This document shows positions 60,193 through 64,000 of a stretch of DNA of 64,000 nucleotides, piece after piece (within the stretch, counting starts at the first letter, position 1; the number at the start of each line of letters is the position of its first letter). The translations under genes and the position numbers were made by a program. Under the pieces are notes generated by a model. The model saw only the letters and a program-made list of their open reading frames with translations. It made no database searches and had not been told where the DNA came from. The DNA comes from Yuukianura sp. NJ FZ-2021 (Eukaryota): NCBI GenBank assembly GCA_046563655.1, contig CM102290.1:10106001-10170000 (forward strand), in the 5' to 3' direction.

Positions 60193-63100
60193 GTAGGCGC
60201 TGCATGTGATTTTTCGTTTCCATCCACAGGGTCTGACGCGGGTGTAGAGGATGTGGAATGTTAATTAAGTTTTAAAGGTCTTTCTTTGTCTATCTAATGT
60301 CTCTTATCCAGACATAATGTCGAAGGAGAAAGTGATAGGAGTTGCTCTGGGGTGGGGCGGGAAAGGGCGGAGGATTCCAAAGGTCAGGGGTCAGTAGCTA
60401 TTTTATGTGACCTTGAGTGCGGGTCAATGGATTTTTTGGGGGTGGGGTGGGGGTGGTGTGAGTGGGAAATAGGCCAGTGGTTGCAGGTGAAAGGACTCTC
60501 TAATCTGCTTTAAGGAATCACAAGGCAACTTCATCACGGACCGAAGCCACACACGGCATCCTCTCCTCTCTCTAAAAATTCCTGCAATCAACTACGGCTT
60601 CATATGGCACTACCATGGCTTCACTTTAGTTTTCCAAACTGTTTTTTTTTTTCTAAATTTTCAAACATATTATGAGTTTTTCTTTTATTTTATAGTGTTC
60701 CTTGTTTTAATGGCTCTTCACAAATGTCAATTGTGTTTCATCTTGTATTTTCTAAATCTCCTTTCTCTTTTACTTTCTCCGCCTCACAAATCTTCCAAAC
60801 CACAAAAACCACCGCTCCTTCAAAACTGCGGCTCCGCTCATTCAAAACTGAAACAGGGTTCGACGGACCTTTTTTAAAGTAAAGCAATTGTATCTGAGAA
60901 GTATCTCTTGCCAAAATATCTCACAACATACTTGACAATATGAGGCTTAACATATTTTTATCTTGTGGAAATTATAGTAAATAGTTCTCTTGCCTACGAA
61001 TTTCCAAGAAAGACATAAAATTTCTTTTTAAATCGAGGAAGATGTGAATTCAAAAAAACTCAGAACCCGTCTTGGGTCCAAATTTTAGAAGGCTTTATTT
61101 TAGTTTTCCGATTTTTTCTTGAATTTTCAAAAAATTCAGAGGGTGGTAAAAGTGAACCCTGGAGAAAATAGAGATGGTTTAATTCGAGAGACATTGAAGT
61201 ATGGCGGGGAGCTTTAAATCCGTCCTATTTTATCGTCACGGCCGAAAGCGGAGGTTTGTGGTGGATTTGCATGGAGCTTCGTCGTGCTCGAGTTAGAATG
61301 ACGGTTTCTATTGCTACTGCGTCAATTGACGTATAAATTAGGAAATTAATTAGCAAAGCACAACAGCCCTCCATTACGTTCTTAATATTTATTACCAACT
61401 TTACTTCATTTTTAGCAGGACGCTCATTTATTCACGACATTTCCTACTAACTTCAATCCCCAGTACCCCTAATCCAGTCAGATACCGTAAAACCTAACAA
61501 AAGTGGCAAGCTTAGGCTTTTGTTTAGCAAACTCAACAAAAAATTTCTGGTCTTGTTGCATCTAATATGTCGACATTTGAAGAGAATCAATGGTCACTTG
61601 CTCTCTACATCGAAAATTTGCGAAAAGTGGCGGGCTGTTATGAATTAAACAATTCGTCTAACTTTGTCATCTCAAATAAAGTGTCACTTCCATTAGAGTA
61701 AATCCTGACATAAGTTGGTGTCAATTAGAAATCATACACAAACTAACCACCTCAGACCATCCCTGACTCTAAAAATACCGTAAAACATCCAAAGAGAGGC
61801 TTATAATTCTCAAATTTTGGAAAGACGGCAGCTGAATTACACTCATTAAATGTACTTATAAGCTCCTGTCAAACTGTTATTGCCATCTTTTTTTAGCATC
61901 ACCATTTCTTTTTCTCATTTCATACATCACACTGTACATTGATGGGAAATATCGTACATCATGTTGTGTTTTGATTGGAAATGCCTGAACTCATGTCATG
62001 AAATGACACAAAATGCCGCAACCGTGTTTGATGGTCACATCGTTCTAAATCAATTGGGTAAATCATGGCATAAATTGATGGGAAATACCGTAAAACTTCT
62101 GGAAAAGATTGTGACTGAGGAGCTGGTGCAAGAAAGTAGTTTGTTGATTGTTTGGATTAGTTGGTTGCAACAACTGTGACGCGGAAGACGATGGGTGAGG
62201 GAGCAAAGGAAGTCGTGTGGTTTGAGATGCTAAGTGATCCCAAAATAGAATCATCTTCAGCCACACGAAATGTGCTTCTCGTGGATTTCTGGAAGGGAGC
62301 CTATATGTGGGTATCTCACATAAGTAGTGATTGAAGCCACTCAAAATCACGATCTTTTTCATGTCTTTTGTCAAACTTTTTTTCGAATCGTTCTGCCTCC
62401 AAAGGTCATTGCCCCAACTATTCCCAAAAGTCCAGAAGTCATGCGAAGGTCAACTCCAATGAACAACTTTAAGTTGCCATCCACAGAAGAACACAATTTC
62501 CAGCTATTCGTTTCAAAAGAAGTTAAAAAAAACAGCCTATTTGTAGCTCACCACTCTGCAACTTCTACTTTCTACATGTTTAATTTCAAATTTAAAAGAC
62601 TGTATTCAAAACAGTTTTTATAAAAGTCAAAAAGTATAGCCAAAGCCTCATATAAAGCCTCTGAACTTTGCCTTTTCATGCGTATAAAAGTCGAAACTTT
62701 TCAGCTTTCAAATTCTTGAAAACATTTGAAATTTAAACATAAGGTGCCAGAGACATCCCTCGGGGAAAGCAGGAAATTCAAATTCAAAGCAAAACAACAA
62801 AAAACTTTCACTATTCCTTTCGCCCTCATCCACTCCATCTACCTGCTAGTGAGTAGCGACCGGTCCAATTTACCAACGTATTCCACATTTTTTTTTCCAA
62901 TTTGTTCAAGCTAAAAAAACACAACAAATGTCTGTTTTGCGAATTCAATTTATGAGCGTCAATTTACAACTTTATTTTTGAAGCTTGTAGTAAGTAATAT
63001 AGTGTAGTACATAATACTTTATTTAAAAAAAAACTTGTATGAGTATGCTTCTGAAGCATGCTTCCGCCTAACCATTTCAGAATAAGAAAAATGCAAAGCA

Positions 63101-63571
63101 AAAAGGAATATCAGAGAGAAAATTTGATTTCTTGACGATGCAAGATTTTGTTTTATTCGTTTGAAACTTTTATTTCCATTTCATATTCTAAATCTACTTT
63201 TTTTAAGTGCTAACTTCTAAAATATTTAAACACGACTTTTTAAAAGTAAGAGCCACCGCTACCACTACAAGTAGTGTACCTACACTATCTACTGCTACCA
63301 CCACCGCTGCTAGTATCCACTTTAGCTCATGTTTTGATTCAAGTTGCTATAAATTCTAATTTGTAAGCAAATAGTATCTTCGCCATGCTAACGCTACAAG
63401 CTCCATTTATGAAGGAAATCCAGCTCAAATCCAAGTCGAATTTGCGTGAATTCCACACCTACATGCGTCGCTCCATGAAATTGAAATTGTTGGCGTCATG
63501 TGAAACTGGGGAACGCCAAAAGTTTGGAGGGAAAGGTCACACGCATACGCAGAAATATCGGTGGGTGGGGC

Positions 63572-63977
63572 CTATTCTTCCGTTACTATTTGTCGTACGT
63601 CGTACACGTCGTGTGGACTTGTCGCGGCAGACTCAAATACCTCACCATCTAAAGGTGGCACCCTCTTCCCAAACCTAAAAAAATGTGACACTTAAAATTT
63701 ATTTTAAAAACTTTTTTTGTTGTAAATTTTTGAATTTTGAAAAATTGTTGAACCTATTCCTCGATACTGTCGCGTAGTAGCGTGCTAAAGCTCCTAGGTA
63801 GGTTTTGAGTTCTTCTGGCGACGTGAAGACCCGCGGTCTTTGCGGCTTCTCCAGGTTTTCAATCTCCATGCTGGACAGCATCTCTGCGTGCGCTCCGTTT
63901 GAATTTTTTAAATATACCAGGAGACTGAACACAAGCACCACCCCAACACCGACATGCAGTCCAGAACCCATTTTCAT
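63572..63977 (-). CDS. NPF: Neuropeptide F precursor (NPY/NPF family)
   Basis: Signal peptide, then KPQRPRVFTSPEELKTYLGALARYYATVSRNR, a phase-2 intron (63753-63675) and F-GKR. The amidation/cleavage site and the intron inside the Arg codon are typical of NPY/NPF genes. The C-terminal extension VPPLDGEVFE...TEE* could be spliced further. Confidence 0.93.
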
Positions 63978-64000
63978 CCCGCGATGCTTCTCCGTTCCAC

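Noticed and set aside
54300..63500. Many 60-140-aa ORFs between DGK and NPF
   Set aside because: No domain-like content or spliceable chain. They are consistent with chance ORFs in intronic or regulatory DNA.

Overview
This is eukaryotic, arthropod-like genomic DNA. It is AT-rich, gene-dense and has many 60-100 nt GT-AG introns, so the six-frame ORF track mostly shows exon fragments. Genes in order: the 3' end of highwire/MYCBP2 (+), a complete draper/MEGF10-type engulfment receptor (+), a large secreted closca/polehole-like protein (-), RNPS1 (-), TMEM258 (+), mRpL2 (+), a type I diacylglycerol kinase (-) and a neuropeptide F precursor (-). Two satellite arrays bracket the closca-like gene: a ~318-bp palindromic satellite with higher-order structure, and a 59-bp satellite that contains a 100-N gap. 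The most notable object is a 2.05-kb retroelement inserted into the 59-bp satellite. It has a clean 13-bp target-site duplication, an (ATTGA)4 tail and an intact LINE ORF1-type gene, but no reverse transcriptase. Also present are two GG...CC MITE/foldback elements with 8-bp TSDs, a candidate 27-nt cassette exon in the Draper cytoplasmic tail, an intron-split start codon in RNPS1 and a cluster of DR1 nuclear-receptor sites around DGK. Exon boundaries were read by eye and may be off by a few bases, and family assignments come from motif recognition, not database searches.
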